NCBI GenBank assembly: GCA_963526735.1
Contig: CAURNU010000003.1
Location: 62,530-126,529 of the forward strand
Source of the DNA: an uncultured Candidatus Saccharibacteria bacterium
GTDB lineage: Bacteria > Patescibacteriota > Saccharimonadia > Saccharimonadales > Saccharimonadaceae
DNA length: 64,000 bases
Direction: 5' to 3'
The position numbers and the translations under genes are program-made. Positions 52,686-62,259 of the stretch are shown in pieces. The notes beneath the pieces were generated by a model that made no database searches, was not told the DNA's origin, and saw only the letters and a program-made list of their open reading frames with translations. The number at the start of each line of letters is the position of its first letter. Position 1 is the stretch's first letter.

Positions 52686-54253
52686 CCTAGTACATCCTCT
52701 CCGTCAAGTAGTGACTTATCCAAAGTAAAGCTCGTCACGACTGTATGTTTTTTAGCTTTAATTTTCATAGTCATTATGTCTTCAGCACCAACCGACAACT
52801 CAATTGCTGTAATGAGATAATCGCCCATATTGTTATAATCAATTGAGATCACGTCGTGTAGTTGCAAAGCTGGATTTGGTTTAATCTCTAGCTCTACCTT
52901 TGGCGAATACTCACTGTATTTTTTTAACACATCCACAGCTAATAAATCGCAGTTACGATAACTGCCAAAATAATCATTATCGTCAATTACTAGCGGTAAA
53001 TCACCATACTTGGTGATTGAATCGGGATTTTTTGCTTCATACTCAATCGTATCCACGACCTTAGCCGGCTCACCCCACAATTCAATATTAGTAACGCTAA
53101 TTGGTGCGCTATTCTGATTAGTAATCGTCAGTTTATAGGAATCTTGCAAGACCTCGCCTGCTAGTAATATTCCACCACTTACCACTTGCTTGTTTCTAAA
53201 CTGAGCCACTAACCTGGATTGCCCAGCGTTACCATTTAGCATGATGTTTTTCACGGTATAGACTGGATCATCTAGTTTTAGCCAAGCTACTTTCTTACTA
53301 TTCGGTCTAACTAGCCATTCTTCGTTGTCTAAACTACTGTTCTCCATCGAAAACACCACCTGATTGTCCTGCACTTTTCGCACCTCAGACTTAATACTGA
53401 CCCGATTGATGATACCATCAGTTTGAGAATTATTCAGCTCAATAATATTGCCAGCGTGTAGTCGCATGGCTGGTTGCTTGTCCAGCACGCCAGAGCGTGT
53501 CACAAATCTGACTATCCCTTGCTCGTCTAGCCACAACGCTCCGTTCTCAGCTTGCACCAGCTTACGCAAGATATTGCCAGTGTTATCACCTTTCTTAAAC
53601 ATCACAAATGGTATTAGATTCTGCCCACGCTCCAACTTATACTGGTGGCTGGTCATGCCGTATTGTTGCAAAATAATAGCTATGACTTGATCGGTCGTTA
53701 CATCGCGCAACTTAATCGACGATCGCAAATCCGCTTCAGCAATTTCACTTAAAAAGTCCAACGCTGTCCAGCTAGCCGTCCCTTTTTCGTCGTAATGTGG
53801 CAATTTTTGTAATAATCCTACAAATAATGGCACTGTCTCGGCTGTCTGTACACCAGCATAAAGCCTAAGCGGTCGTTTTGGCAAAATATATTCAGCAATT
53901 GGCGATTTTCCGCCACCATTATCGATCGGACTAAAACTGAAATATCCATCATAATTATTAAGCGTCACATCCGCTATGCTCGCTTGAACGTTATACGGGA
54001 ACTCCACGCTACGTTCAACTCGAAAATCAACCACTCGTCCACTCATATCTTGGTAATCATAAGCATCCCAGACTTGCGTCGGGTTATTTTCAGGAGTTGC
54101 CAGTAGATCGTCACCATCCAGCGTCGATTTATCTAAGCAGAACCAATTGATCGTCTCAGTGCGTAGCTTTGTCCACGAAACCTTAACCTGCGACGCTACA
54201 CCAACGACTCCACTACTTAAAATCTGATGGAACTTATCGCTAACTATTTGCAC
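52682..54253 (-). CDS. Minor tail protein (Tal-position)
   Basis: A 523-aa protein, second gene downstream of the tape measure. The assignment is positional. Confidence 0.55.
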   Translation of the reverse strand: MQIVSDKFHQILSSGVVGVASQVKVSWTKLRTETINWFCLDKSTLDGDDLLATPENNPTQVWDAYDYQDMSGRVVDFRVERSVEFPYNVQASIADVTLNNYDGYFSFSPIDNGGGKSPIAEYILPKRPLRLYAGVQTAETVPLFVGLLQKLPHYDEKGTASWTALDFLSEIAEADLRSSIKLRDVTTDQVIAIILQQYGMTSHQYKLERGQNLIPFVMFKKGDNTGNILRKLVQAENGALWLDEQGIVRFVTRSGVLDKQPAMRLHAGNIIELNNSQTDGIINRVSIKSEVRKVQDNQVVFSMENSSLDNEEWLVRPNSKKVAWLKLDDPVYTVKNIMLNGNAGQSRLVAQFRNKQVVSGGILLAGEVLQDSYKLTITNQNSAPISVTNIELWGEPAKVVDTIEYEAKNPDSITKYGDLPLVIDDNDYFGSYRNCDLLAVDVLKKYSEYSPKVELEIKPNPALQLHDVISIDYNNMGDYLITAIELSVGAEDIMTMKIKAKKHTVVTSFTLDKSLLDGEDVLG

Positions 54254-54636
54254 TATATCGCCCCTGTTTCGGTCATAGTCAGTTCGACACCCTCAGTCAA
54301 ACCATCATTACGAATAATTTTTCGTTCAGACAACTCTAATGCCACCGACATTTCATTAATTCCTAATTTAGTAATCGTCAATTTCGGATAATGTCCAGTT
54401 TGATATTGCCGATCAAAAAACGCTCGCAGTTGCTGATATTGACTGTTAGTCATGTAAGCCCAGCGATGTTTAATCACCTGCTTCTTATAATTATAATAAG
54501 TGCTAATATTACCATCTTTGGTCACAACCGTCTTTTTACCGATGCGATCAGTTTGCGTAATTGGCACTTCAAGCAAATCATACTCAATGCTATCTGTCGC
54601 ATCAGTCAGTTTTAATTTATACCCATCATTAAACAT
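54253..54636 (-). CDS. Distal tail protein-position ORF
   Basis: Immediately downstream of the tape measure, overlapping it by 8 nt. Confidence 0.45.
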   Translation of the reverse strand: MFNDGYKLKLTDATDSIEYDLLEVPITQTDRIGKKTVVTKDGNISTYYNYKKQVIKHRWAYMTNSQYQQLRAFFDRQYQTGHYPKLTITKLGINEMSVALELSERKIIRNDGLTEGVELTMTETGAI

Positions 54637-56488
54637 TTAACATCCTCTGTTTTTTAATCATTTCGTATTGATTGAAAATCTGCTCGGCTACTTTGCGTTG
54701 CTCAGCTTGACTGGTTGCGAAAACGCCCTGAATATTGATCGTGATATTATCACCACTGGTATTACTACGATTATTAAGCTTCTCAATCAAGCTAGTCATT
54801 TTGCTTTCTGGCACTACCCACTCATCTTGGCCACCGTCTCCAGCATAAATGACCGAGCCACCACCTTGCGGTGTGACAATACCGCCAGTTGCCATTCGTG
54901 GAATGCGCGGAATTTGAAGTTTGTTCATTTGCTGGATATTAACGCCAGGTATTTTATTAATGATTCCGATCGCGCCGTTAAGCAACCCAATGAAGAAATT
55001 AACCGTTTTCTCGAACATTTTGAACATATTGTTGATTGCTGAAATAATTGCGTTAGAAATAGCAACGCCAATTGACAGACCTCCATCTTTAAACAATCCA
55101 ATCAGTCTCTGCCACAATCCACTCAGTAGATCAACGAACGCTCTCAGTAACACCGCGCCAACCATCGGCACGGCCGTCACCAGCGCCATAAATAATTTAA
55201 CACTTGCCGTCAGCAATTGTGCGATAGTGTTTGGGTTGAGCAAGAACTCAATAATATTAGCGATAATCTCTGGCAGCGCCTCAGTTAGAGCATTGAGTAA
55301 TATCGGGAATACATCAATCAACGCCATAAACAATGTCACGCCAGCATTAAGTAACATTGTCAGCGTTGCTGGTTCGGATAATTTCGTGATGATTAGTAGG
55401 ATTAAATCAATAAGTGCTCGAATCATCATTGGCGTGAGTGTAACAACCGCATCGACAAGCTGTGGTAACGCTGTAGTTAACGTATTGAGAATTATTTGTA
55501 TTAACTGTGGCAAAATCGCCGCAACTTGCGTTGTTAGTCCAATAGCTGCTTGTAGTAGTGGCGGAAATAGCTCTTGAAATAACTTTGGAATCTCAGTAAT
55601 TATAAGTGGCGCCAATTCACTAACTAACTTAACAATACCAGACAATGCCTGTTTAATGACAGGTAATAGATTTTTAGCGACATTACCAGCCGATTTAACC
55701 AGCGCATCAAGTGATTTATCAATGTCCTTCCCACCAGCCATTGAGGTCATTAAGTTTTTCCAAGCAGCTTTAGTTGAATTTAAGCTACCACTAATAGTTT
55801 CGCTTGCCTCTTTAGCGGTCGTGCCAGTAATGCCCATTTGGGTTTGAATCACATGAATGGCTTTAGTGATATCACCGAAATTACTGATATTATATTTAAT
55901 ACCAGATATTTTTTGAGCATCTCTAAGCAATCTCTCCATTTCTTCTTTAGTACCGCCATAACCAAGCTTAAGGTTGTCGAGCATGGTATAGTTCTGTTTA
56001 GCGAATCCTTGATAAGCGAACTGAATCGACTCCATACTAGTGCCCATCTTGTTGGCGTTATCGGCCATATCGATGATCGCCTGGTTGGCGTATTCAGCCG
56101 CTTTTTTAGTATCACCACCTAAACCAGCTAATAAGCTAGCTGAGAAGCTAGTGGCAGTCTCCATGTATTGATTAGCGGACAATCCAGCTGTCTTATATGC
56201 CTGGTCAGCATACTGCATCATCTGATTAGATGATGATTTAAACAGCGTTTCAATACCACCACTCAATTGCTCGAAGTCCGCATAGCTTTTGACTGCCGCT
56301 ACACCTATGTCACCAAGTGCTTTAATGGCTATGCCAGTACCAACCAAAAACGCCTTACTGATCGCCGCTACACTGCGTCCAGCCTTGCCAACAAAACCAT
56401 CAACATGACGCTCTGCTACGCTCAGACCCTTTTTCAGAGCCTCAACTTCAACATCAATAATATATTGGATTTTGCCGACTTCAGCCAT
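54629..56488 (-). CDS. Tail tape measure protein
   Basis: The N-terminal region (YADFEQLSGGIETLF...YKTAGLSANQYMETATSFSASL) is typical of the TP901-type TMP core. The rest is a long helical, hydrophobic-repeat centre at the expected position. Confidence 0.85.
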   Translation of the reverse strand: MAEVGKIQYIIDVEVEALKKGLSVAERHVDGFVGKAGRSVAAISKAFLVGTGIAIKALGDIGVAAVKSYADFEQLSGGIETLFKSSSNQMMQYADQAYKTAGLSANQYMETATSFSASLLAGLGGDTKKAAEYANQAIIDMADNANKMGTSMESIQFAYQGFAKQNYTMLDNLKLGYGGTKEEMERLLRDAQKISGIKYNISNFGDITKAIHVIQTQMGITGTTAKEASETISGSLNSTKAAWKNLMTSMAGGKDIDKSLDALVKSAGNVAKNLLPVIKQALSGIVKLVSELAPLIITEIPKLFQELFPPLLQAAIGLTTQVAAILPQLIQIILNTLTTALPQLVDAVVTLTPMMIRALIDLILLIITKLSEPATLTMLLNAGVTLFMALIDVFPILLNALTEALPEIIANIIEFLLNPNTIAQLLTASVKLFMALVTAVPMVGAVLLRAFVDLLSGLWQRLIGLFKDGGLSIGVAISNAIISAINNMFKMFEKTVNFFIGLLNGAIGIINKIPGVNIQQMNKLQIPRIPRMATGGIVTPQGGGSVIYAGDGGQDEWVVPESKMTSLIEKLNNRSNTSGDNITINIQGVFATSQAEQRKVAEQIFNQYEMIKKQRMLNV

Positions 56489-56492
56489 TTAT

Positions 56493-56849
56493 TTACTCCA
56501 CTTTAGCGGCATCACGAAAAGGACGGATGCCTGCCTGAAACGCCTTATTTCCGTCTTTACTAGCCATAGCACTGCCTGTCGCAATGAAGTTAGCGCGCGA
56601 TATTTCAGCCACTTTGTTATACCAAACTTTACGAGCGCCTTCTAATAAGACATGCATCTCTTCTAGTTTGATTTTATTCTCGCGTACATCACGCACCGCT
56701 TGCCAACCGTAGTAATAGCCGAATTCGCTCAACAGATAAACCTCTTGCGAGATACGCATTTCACTACTACGTTGTTTTTGGCTACGCTCAAAGCGCTTGA
56801 GAGCTTTTTCTTTGTCCTCTGGCGTCATTAAATCCAAGATATTCGGCAT
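56493..56849 (-). CDS. Tail assembly chaperone-position protein (distal)
   Basis: Located between the major tail gene and the TMP. Its ATG overlaps the upstream TAA. Confidence 0.45.
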   Translation of the reverse strand: MPNILDLMTPEDKEKALKRFERSQKQRSSEMRISQEVYLLSEFGYYYGWQAVRDVRENKIKLEEMHVLLEGARKVWYNKVAEISRANFIATGSAMASKDGNKAFQAGIRPFRDAAKVE

Positions 56850-57277
56850 TATTGATCACTCCCAAAAGCTCGCTCGAATAAGCGACGCACACCCTCCACG
56901 CCTAATATTTCAATTAGTGTTTGTGTATCTTTTTGTGCTTTGGTACCATCATCAATAGCTCGAGCATAGCACTTTAATAATTCTTGATTAACCATTTCTA
57001 ACTCATTGAATTTATCACTTAACTCATCGATTAAACTAATTTTTTGAGCATTATCTAATTGACTCTCATTTTGAGCGCGCTCTTGTAAATCAACCATCGT
57101 TGTGTTGAGTTGCAATAACTTTCGTGTCGCTCGTTGAATATCCAGCTGATCACCAGCCCCTAAACTTCGCAGTGTATAGACTTTACCGTCAATACGCACC
57201 ACTTGAGTACGCTGACTCGGTGTCAGTTCACTTAGACTAATAATCATTTCATTGGTTTTAGTCGGTTGTTTCGACAT
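56849..57277 (-). CDS. Tail assembly chaperone-position protein (proximal)
   Basis: An acidic 142-aa protein upstream of the TMP. Confidence 0.5.
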   Translation of the reverse strand: MSKQPTKTNEMIISLSELTPSQRTQVVRIDGKVYTLRSLGAGDQLDIQRATRKLLQLNTTMVDLQERAQNESQLDNAQKISLIDELSDKFNELEMVNQELLKCYARAIDDGTKAQKDTQTLIEILGVEGVRRLFERAFGSDQ

Positions 57278-57382
57278 TGGAGCCTCCTTGGCATTGATTT
57301 AATATTATCTACAACTGTAACCGCCTATAGTCTGGCGTTTTAAGACCTTGCATTTTTCGTAATTTTATGCTATGCTTTAGAT

Positions 57383-57613
57383 ATGAAATTCCATGCCCCA
57401 AGCTTTTTTATTGGTGCAATATTTGGCAGTAAAAAGCGTAAACAAACTGCCGTAGTGTTAGTCTTGGCTTATATGCTTGGCGCAATGATTTATTTAATGT
57501 ATGTCTTTGCTTATGGCTTGTTTTATGCTTTACCAGTTTTTCTCTACAGCTGGTTAAAAGCTCGGCGTGAAGTAATTGCCGATTATAAAGCAAAAGCCAG
57601 TTCAGCTAAATAA
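57383..57613 (+). CDS. Moron: small 2-TM protein on the opposite strand within the tail module
   Basis: It has its own promoter (TTGCAT, 17-nt spacer, TATGCT) and its own terminator. The 76-aa product has two hydrophobic helices. Confidence 0.55.
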   Translation: MKFHAPSFFIGAIFGSKKRKQTAVVLVLAYMLGAMIYLMYVFAYGLFYALPVFLYSWLKARREVIADYKAKASSAK

Positions 57614-57641
57614 AACACTCCATGATTTATGGAGTGTTTTT
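57612..57641. terminator. Bidirectional hairpin terminator
   Basis: AAAACACTCCAT-GATTT-ATGGAGTGTTTT. Confidence 0.75.
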
Positions 57642-57659
57642 AGTTCTAGCGTAATGTAC

Positions 57660-58211
57660 TTAAGGTGTAACTTCAACCGTTTTCTGATTCTCATAATCCC
57701 AGCGAGATGGTTTTTCAAGATCACCCGTACCAGCTCGCATATAACCACGAGCAGTTGGTTGCATTTGAATAGTAGTTTCGATTTGTAGTGGCTCGTCAGT
57801 TGATAGAGTTGGGTCGAATTTCATTGGCACGATTGCTGAAAAGATGTGAATATCGTTATCGTCGGTTTTTTCTCCTTGTCGATGGATATTAACTGTTAAC
57901 GGCACAGTATTTACTACGCTACCATTACCAAATATCACATTTCCAGTTTTCTGCTTAGCATTAGTTGGAGCATTATAAGCACTCGCCCATAATGCTTTCA
58001 AAGCATCCATGCTTGGCAAAAATATTGTCAATGTGAGTTCTGCGGTTTCAGCCTTACCGCTTGGCTGTTTGCGTACACCAGCTTGAGTTTTCGCCTCAAG
58101 TGTGCCATCGGCGTAACTTGGTTTAATATCGCCCAATAGCGAAGCTGGAATCAGCGCTTTGCCAATTGCCACTTCCCATTTACCAGCAACTAATACTCCT
58201 GTATCTTCCAT
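57660..58211 (-). CDS. Major tail protein
   Basis: A 183-aa beta-rich protein with a strong RBS, located between the tail-completion and chaperone genes. Confidence 0.6.
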   Translation of the reverse strand: MEDTGVLVAGKWEVAIGKALIPASLLGDIKPSYADGTLEAKTQAGVRKQPSGKAETAELTLTIFLPSMDALKALWASAYNAPTNAKQKTGNVIFGNGSVVNTVPLTVNIHRQGEKTDDNDIHIFSAIVPMKFDPTLSTDEPLQIETTIQMQPTARGYMRAGTGDLEKPSRWDYENQKTVEVTP

Positions 58212-58224
58212 TTCTTTCTCCTTT

Positions 58225-58608
58225 TTAATAATTTATTATTCCATTAAGTGAATAAATCACTCGTCCTTGGTTGTCGAGACCAAGATTAGATATTGTTGAT
58301 GGTGGCATCACTACCACAAACTGATATTCTTGACCGCCTTCAACAGCCGGCAACTCATTGATATCGTTATAAGCTGATCTCAAATGCTGAGCTACAGCCT
58401 CTAGCTTTTTTAAGCTTTCCAGATCATCATCACCGACACTGTATAACTCATAGCGTTGTCGGCGTCGACGATTCTTTTCAATACTATCGCCTAAGTTGAC
58501 AATATACATTCCAGACTTGCCAACCGCTATCTTTTGCCAAAACAAATCGGTGCCGATTGTACCGAATCCCTTGTTTTCAAGGTATTTGAGCAATGATAAT
58601 GTTATCAT
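58225..58608 (-). CDS. Tail terminator / completion protein
   Basis: Positional assignment, upstream of the major tail gene. Confidence 0.45.
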   Translation of the reverse strand: MITLSLLKYLENKGFGTIGTDLFWQKIAVGKSGMYIVNLGDSIEKNRRRRQRYELYSVGDDDLESLKKLEAVAQHLRSAYNDINELPAVEGGQEYQFVVVMPPSTISNLGLDNQGRVIYSLNGIINY

Positions 58609-58937
58609 CTTAGAAACCTCTTCACTCCACCCTCTTTAGCTACACTCTGACCAGCTCGTTCAAGATAGCGCAATGTGTGGGGATTTTTCTTGTTTTCGAA
58701 GTGGCGTCGTCTAGCATAACGCACTCGCTCGCCACCAAATTCCACAACCATCACATCTTTGTTGCGACGCCCTGACCGACCGCTGTCTCGAAGCTCTCCG
58801 CTCAGTTTCGGTGCAAACATTCGTGCTCGTTGCAGAATCAGATTACCAGTTGCATCGACCGCATTGATGAGATTTTGTTCGGCTACTTTGGCATAAGCCG
58901 GCATTCGACTAATTTTGTTTACCCTAGCCGTTAGCAT
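58605..58937 (-). CDS. HK97 gp10-like tail-component protein
   Basis: The pattern ARMFAPKLSGELRDS matches the gp10-family signature (..aP..tG.Lr.S). Confidence 0.6.
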   Translation of the reverse strand: MLTARVNKISRMPAYAKVAEQNLINAVDATGNLILQRARMFAPKLSGELRDSGRSGRRNKDVMVVEFGGERVRYARRRHFENKKNPHTLRYLERAGQSVAKEGGVKRFLR

Positions 58938-59259
58938 AAGCTGTCCTTGTTAACACTAACTTGTAATGTTCAATCTCACCAGTTTGATAGTCTTTACCAA
59001 CATTATAACCAGAGATTTCATAACTAATACCACCAATCTCAACGCCATAGTCTAACAGATTATCTTTGGCATCTGCCGTTCGCATGTACAGTATGGAATT
59101 TAGTTCAAATTCCTCGCCGTAACCATTACGTCGCTTGCCAGTCCGTTCAATAAACACTCCGGTTTTTGCTTCGCGCTTGGTAATTTTTCGCCTGCCGGGT
59201 TGATTACTGCTCAGTGTCAGTAGATCGTATTTAATCAGTTTCAAGTGATCAAAGATCAT
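58924..59259 (-). CDS. Head closure protein-position ORF
   Basis: ATG 59259 follows GGAAGGA. The longer track ORF (to 59322) overlaps the upstream gene by 74 nt. Confidence 0.5.
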   Translation of the reverse strand: MIFDHLKLIKYDLLTLSSNQPGRRKITKREAKTGVFIERTGKRRNGYGEEFELNSILYMRTADAKDNLLDYGVEIGGISYEISGYNVGKDYQTGEIEHYKLVLTRTAYANG

Positions 59260-59632
59260 AAATCGTCCTTCCGCACCTGATACTACCTGTCCGTCCGATG
59301 TCTGACTTACCATATTTAGCAATTACTGCACTAAACCTAGCTATAAACTCAGCACGCGCATCGCTTCCTTCGCGGAATGTGATATGAAATCCTTCAACGC
59401 TTTTGCTAGACACGCCTGTCTCCGACTGTCTCTCAAACAGCCCGATTAGGCCGGCTAACATCTGTTTAATTTGAATTGGCGTCTCAGCCTCATACTTATT
59501 AAGATTACCTCCTAATAAATCATTTAACTCCGCATTGGACGCTTCAGTTAATAACTCAATATTGTCTTTTTCAAATTGTGAAAGAGAGCGTCCGATGAAC
59601 GCTGTAATTTCTTGTTCAGTGAGTTTAATCAT
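59249..59632 (-). CDS. Head-tail adaptor (gp6-like connector)
   Basis: The N-terminus LTEQEITAFIGRSLSQFEKDNIELL is typical of head-tail connector proteins. It lies directly after the capsid gene. Confidence 0.6.
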   Translation of the reverse strand: MIKLTEQEITAFIGRSLSQFEKDNIELLTEASNAELNDLLGGNLNKYEAETPIQIKQMLAGLIGLFERQSETGVSSKSVEGFHITFREGSDARAEFIARFSAVIAKYGKSDIGRTGSIRCGRTIYDL

Positions 59633-59661
59633 CTTCTGCTCTCTTTCTCTTTTTTGAATTA

Positions 59662-61443
59662 CTATTGAGCTTTCTTAATAGCTACTGCTGATTTGATTTG
59701 TGCTAAACCACCACCAGCGTAGATTTCTTGTAGGTACTCGACTTTGTTAGCCTGCAATGCAAAGTTTTGGAATTGCTCGACAGTTTCGTCACCGACCATT
59801 TCATACGCTTCGCCGACATACAGCACTACGTCGATCTCGTCATCTTTCATCCAACTTGGAGTGATGATTTCTTTAATTTCGTACGCTTCAGCCATATTTG
59901 AGCCCAGCGATAACACCAAATTACCACCAGTTGTCTCATTGAGTCGCAATTCGGCTTTCTTCTTGCGGCTCATGACTGCGTAGATATCGCCTTCCATCTC
60001 AATCTCTGCCACAGCGTTAACCATTGACACGTACAATTTTTCACCAGTTTTTGGCTCGTATAGGCTTGCAAATGGCTTTGCATTATCTTTAGCATCGGCT
60101 TTGATTGAGATAAAGCTTTTGATCACTTCATCGCCTGTACGACCATCACCAAGAATAATCGCTCGTTCGACCTCAGTAATGATGCGTTTAGTCAAGGTGC
60201 TGACGACATATTTGACTAAGGCGCCAGTATCCTGATTTTCGCGAATATCTTCTTTGTTAATCGGCAAGTATGCGTAGATATATTGACCACGTAACACACG
60301 ATCAAGCAAGGTGATGTCAATTTCGGTCTTGTTCGTACCTTTTTTGTGACCGCGAGCCCGACCACCATCAGCTCCTGCGACAGTATCAGCACTAATGCGA
60401 CGTACAGTTAAGCCGGTTTTGTTAATCGAATTCCAAATTCGACTATTCTTGTTTAAGCCGTCAGTGATAGCTGTAACTAATGCTCCAGGCAATAACACGT
60501 CTGGATTGGTAATACCTTTGCTTTTAACGACTTCTGACCACGCTTTCTGTACTTCTGCCGCAGTTTTGCCAGCGTTATCAATCAAGACGTTAGCGAAGTC
60601 AACTAGCGCTTGTTTAGTCTTAAGATAGCCATTAGTTGCTACTTGTTTTATCTGATTTGGTACAGCTTTTTGAATATTTTCAGCTGCAATTTGGTTTTCA
60701 ACTGTTCCCATTGCTTCTCCTTCTTGGGTAATTGAGCTTTCGCCCTCGTTAATGTTAGATTCGGGTTGGTTATTTGTCGCCTCACCTGCTGGCGCATTTT
60801 CTAGTGGAGTTTCAGATTGTTCATTCTGAACTTGGTTATTCTGAACTTCCTCCTGACTCTCCGCTGCACTACCGAAGCTATCGGTTGATGCTGATTTATC
60901 TTTGTTCATATTTTCTCCTTTCAGAGACTTAACTGCGAGTAATCTCGCTTCTTTATTGCTACCGCGAAACACTAAACTTACCTCAATAATTTCAGCATTT
61001 GAGATAGTTTCAGTTTCGAAGTTATAGTCATAATCGGCCATTGTGATGCTGAAAGCGTTGGATAAATGACCTTCCTCGAGTAACACTAACATTTCCTGCG
61101 CAATTTCGCGCTTTGAAATGCCACACTCGAAGATTAACTCACCGTTTTCATAATAAGCGCTTCTGACCGAGCCAATGACATCACGCACATCAAGTGAATG
61201 ATTGAGCATCAGCGGAATATCAACGATTTCTGATACCCCTTCGGCTGGGATTGTGCCTACAATGATTTCGCCACCAGCTTTCAATGGTAACCGCAAGCTA
61301 TCAACTCGCACTTCCTCGTTATGACGATCTTTATTAATACTCGTAGCAACAAATCTGATGCGGCGCTCCCCATTGTCGCCAGTATCGATAGTCGAAACCT
61401 TGGACTTAATGGACAGCACTGCTTTCTTGATTTCTTTCGCCAT
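59662..61443 (-). CDS. Prohead protease (S78/HK97-type) fused to HK97-fold major capsid protein
   Basis: The N-terminal protease pattern is RFVATSINKDRHNEEV...LNHS...EVSLVFRGSN. An acidic Q/E/N-rich linker is followed by a capsid-like region of about 330 aa. ATG 61443 is preferred over TTG 61479. Confidence 0.7.
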   Translation of the reverse strand: MAKEIKKAVLSIKSKVSTIDTGDNGERRIRFVATSINKDRHNEEVRVDSLRLPLKAGGEIIVGTIPAEGVSEIVDIPLMLNHSLDVRDVIGSVRSAYYENGELIFECGISKREIAQEMLVLLEEGHLSNAFSITMADYDYNFETETISNAEIIEVSLVFRGSNKEARLLAVKSLKGENMNKDKSASTDSFGSAAESQEEVQNNQVQNEQSETPLENAPAGEATNNQPESNINEGESSITQEGEAMGTVENQIAAENIQKAVPNQIKQVATNGYLKTKQALVDFANVLIDNAGKTAAEVQKAWSEVVKSKGITNPDVLLPGALVTAITDGLNKNSRIWNSINKTGLTVRRISADTVAGADGGRARGHKKGTNKTEIDITLLDRVLRGQYIYAYLPINKEDIRENQDTGALVKYVVSTLTKRIITEVERAIILGDGRTGDEVIKSFISIKADAKDNAKPFASLYEPKTGEKLYVSMVNAVAEIEMEGDIYAVMSRKKKAELRLNETTGGNLVLSLGSNMAEAYEIKEIITPSWMKDDEIDVVLYVGEAYEMVGDETVEQFQNFALQANKVEYLQEIYAGGGLAQIKSAVAIKKAQ

Positions 61444-61539
61444 AGTCTCAATATAATTGCCTGTAGTCTGGCAACACAAAAAATATCGCCACCGTTACCG
61501 ATAGCGATATTATGTAGTTAGTTAAGATTAATATTAATA

Positions 61540-62112
61540 TTAATAATCGCGCCAACCTTTATGACCGTGGCATGGATTAGCTTTGCCTCGAGCTGACGGG
61601 TTGCCAGTGACTAGTGTCCCATCCTTGCAATAACCCGTTACAACATTTGTAACGCCACTGTTAGGTGATTTACTACTACCAGTTGCTGAGTTTCCGCCTG
61701 ATTCACTCGCTGAATTGCCAGTCGTTGGTGTGGTGGCTGATTCTGGTACTATATAAGTTCCAACTGCGATTTTCTCTGTTACTGGTTGTTTGGTGATAGT
61801 TTCAGATTTGACTTCACGCGACAGTTCAGTTCCGTTTTTACGACGCACTTCATAGATAATTGTTTTTTCACCGTTCACACCTTTAACCAGCGTCTTCTCC
61901 TGACCCTTCGGCAGGCTGGTGTCATTAACGCGCTCGGTTGTGTAGTCAACACTTTGTTTGACTTCGTCGCTACTGGTAGTTACACCAATATTATTAACTA
62001 TGATCGCGATTATAGCTAGGGCTAGCAGGCCAACTGTGGATGCTATCGAGAATTTTATTAAATCTCTAATAGTTAATGATTTCTTGTCATTCATATCATC
62101 ACCTTTCTTCAA
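61540..62112 (-). CDS. Membrane-anchored G5-domain protein with Cys/His C-terminal motif (moron candidate)
   Basis: N-terminal TM, then a G5-like segment (LPKGQEKTLVKGVNGEKTIIYEV...NGTE...PVTEKIAVGT). The C-terminus YCKDGTLVTGNPSARGKANPCHGHKGW is DUF3761-like. It has its own promoter-like TTGCTT, 17-nt spacer, TATATT. Confidence 0.5.
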   Translation of the reverse strand: MKKGDDMNDKKSLTIRDLIKFSIASTVGLLALAIIAIIVNNIGVTTSSDEVKQSVDYTTERVNDTSLPKGQEKTLVKGVNGEKTIIYEVRRKNGTELSREVKSETITKQPVTEKIAVGTYIVPESATTPTTGNSASESGGNSATGSSKSPNSGVTNVVTGYCKDGTLVTGNPSARGKANPCHGHKGWRDY

Positions 62113-62259
62113 CTATAATATATCAGAAAATATCACCAAAAGCAAAAGTAGCACCTAGTGATACCCCCGTTTTCCGTCGGCAGACTTATTGAGCTAGGCT
62201 CGCACTGCTCACGTGGGTGCTTGATGCTACTCTATGTTGTAATTCTACCAAAAAGCTTA

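Noticed and set aside
54668-56506. Several + strand ORFs (54668..55042, 54921..55577, 55656..55847, 55838..56122, 56267..56506) and one alternate-frame minus-strand ORF (55849..56118), all within the tape measure gene.
   Set aside because: All lie entirely inside the well-supported 619-aa tape measure gene on the minus strand, and their products are low-complexity. They are typical shadow ORFs.
56840-56900. A programmed -1 frameshift (G/GT-type) joining the two tail-chaperone ORFs.
   Set aside because: The downstream frame is closed by a TGA only two codons upstream of its ATG. No X_XXY_YYZ slippery heptamer is present near the end of the upstream ORF. The TAATG overlap fits simple translational coupling.
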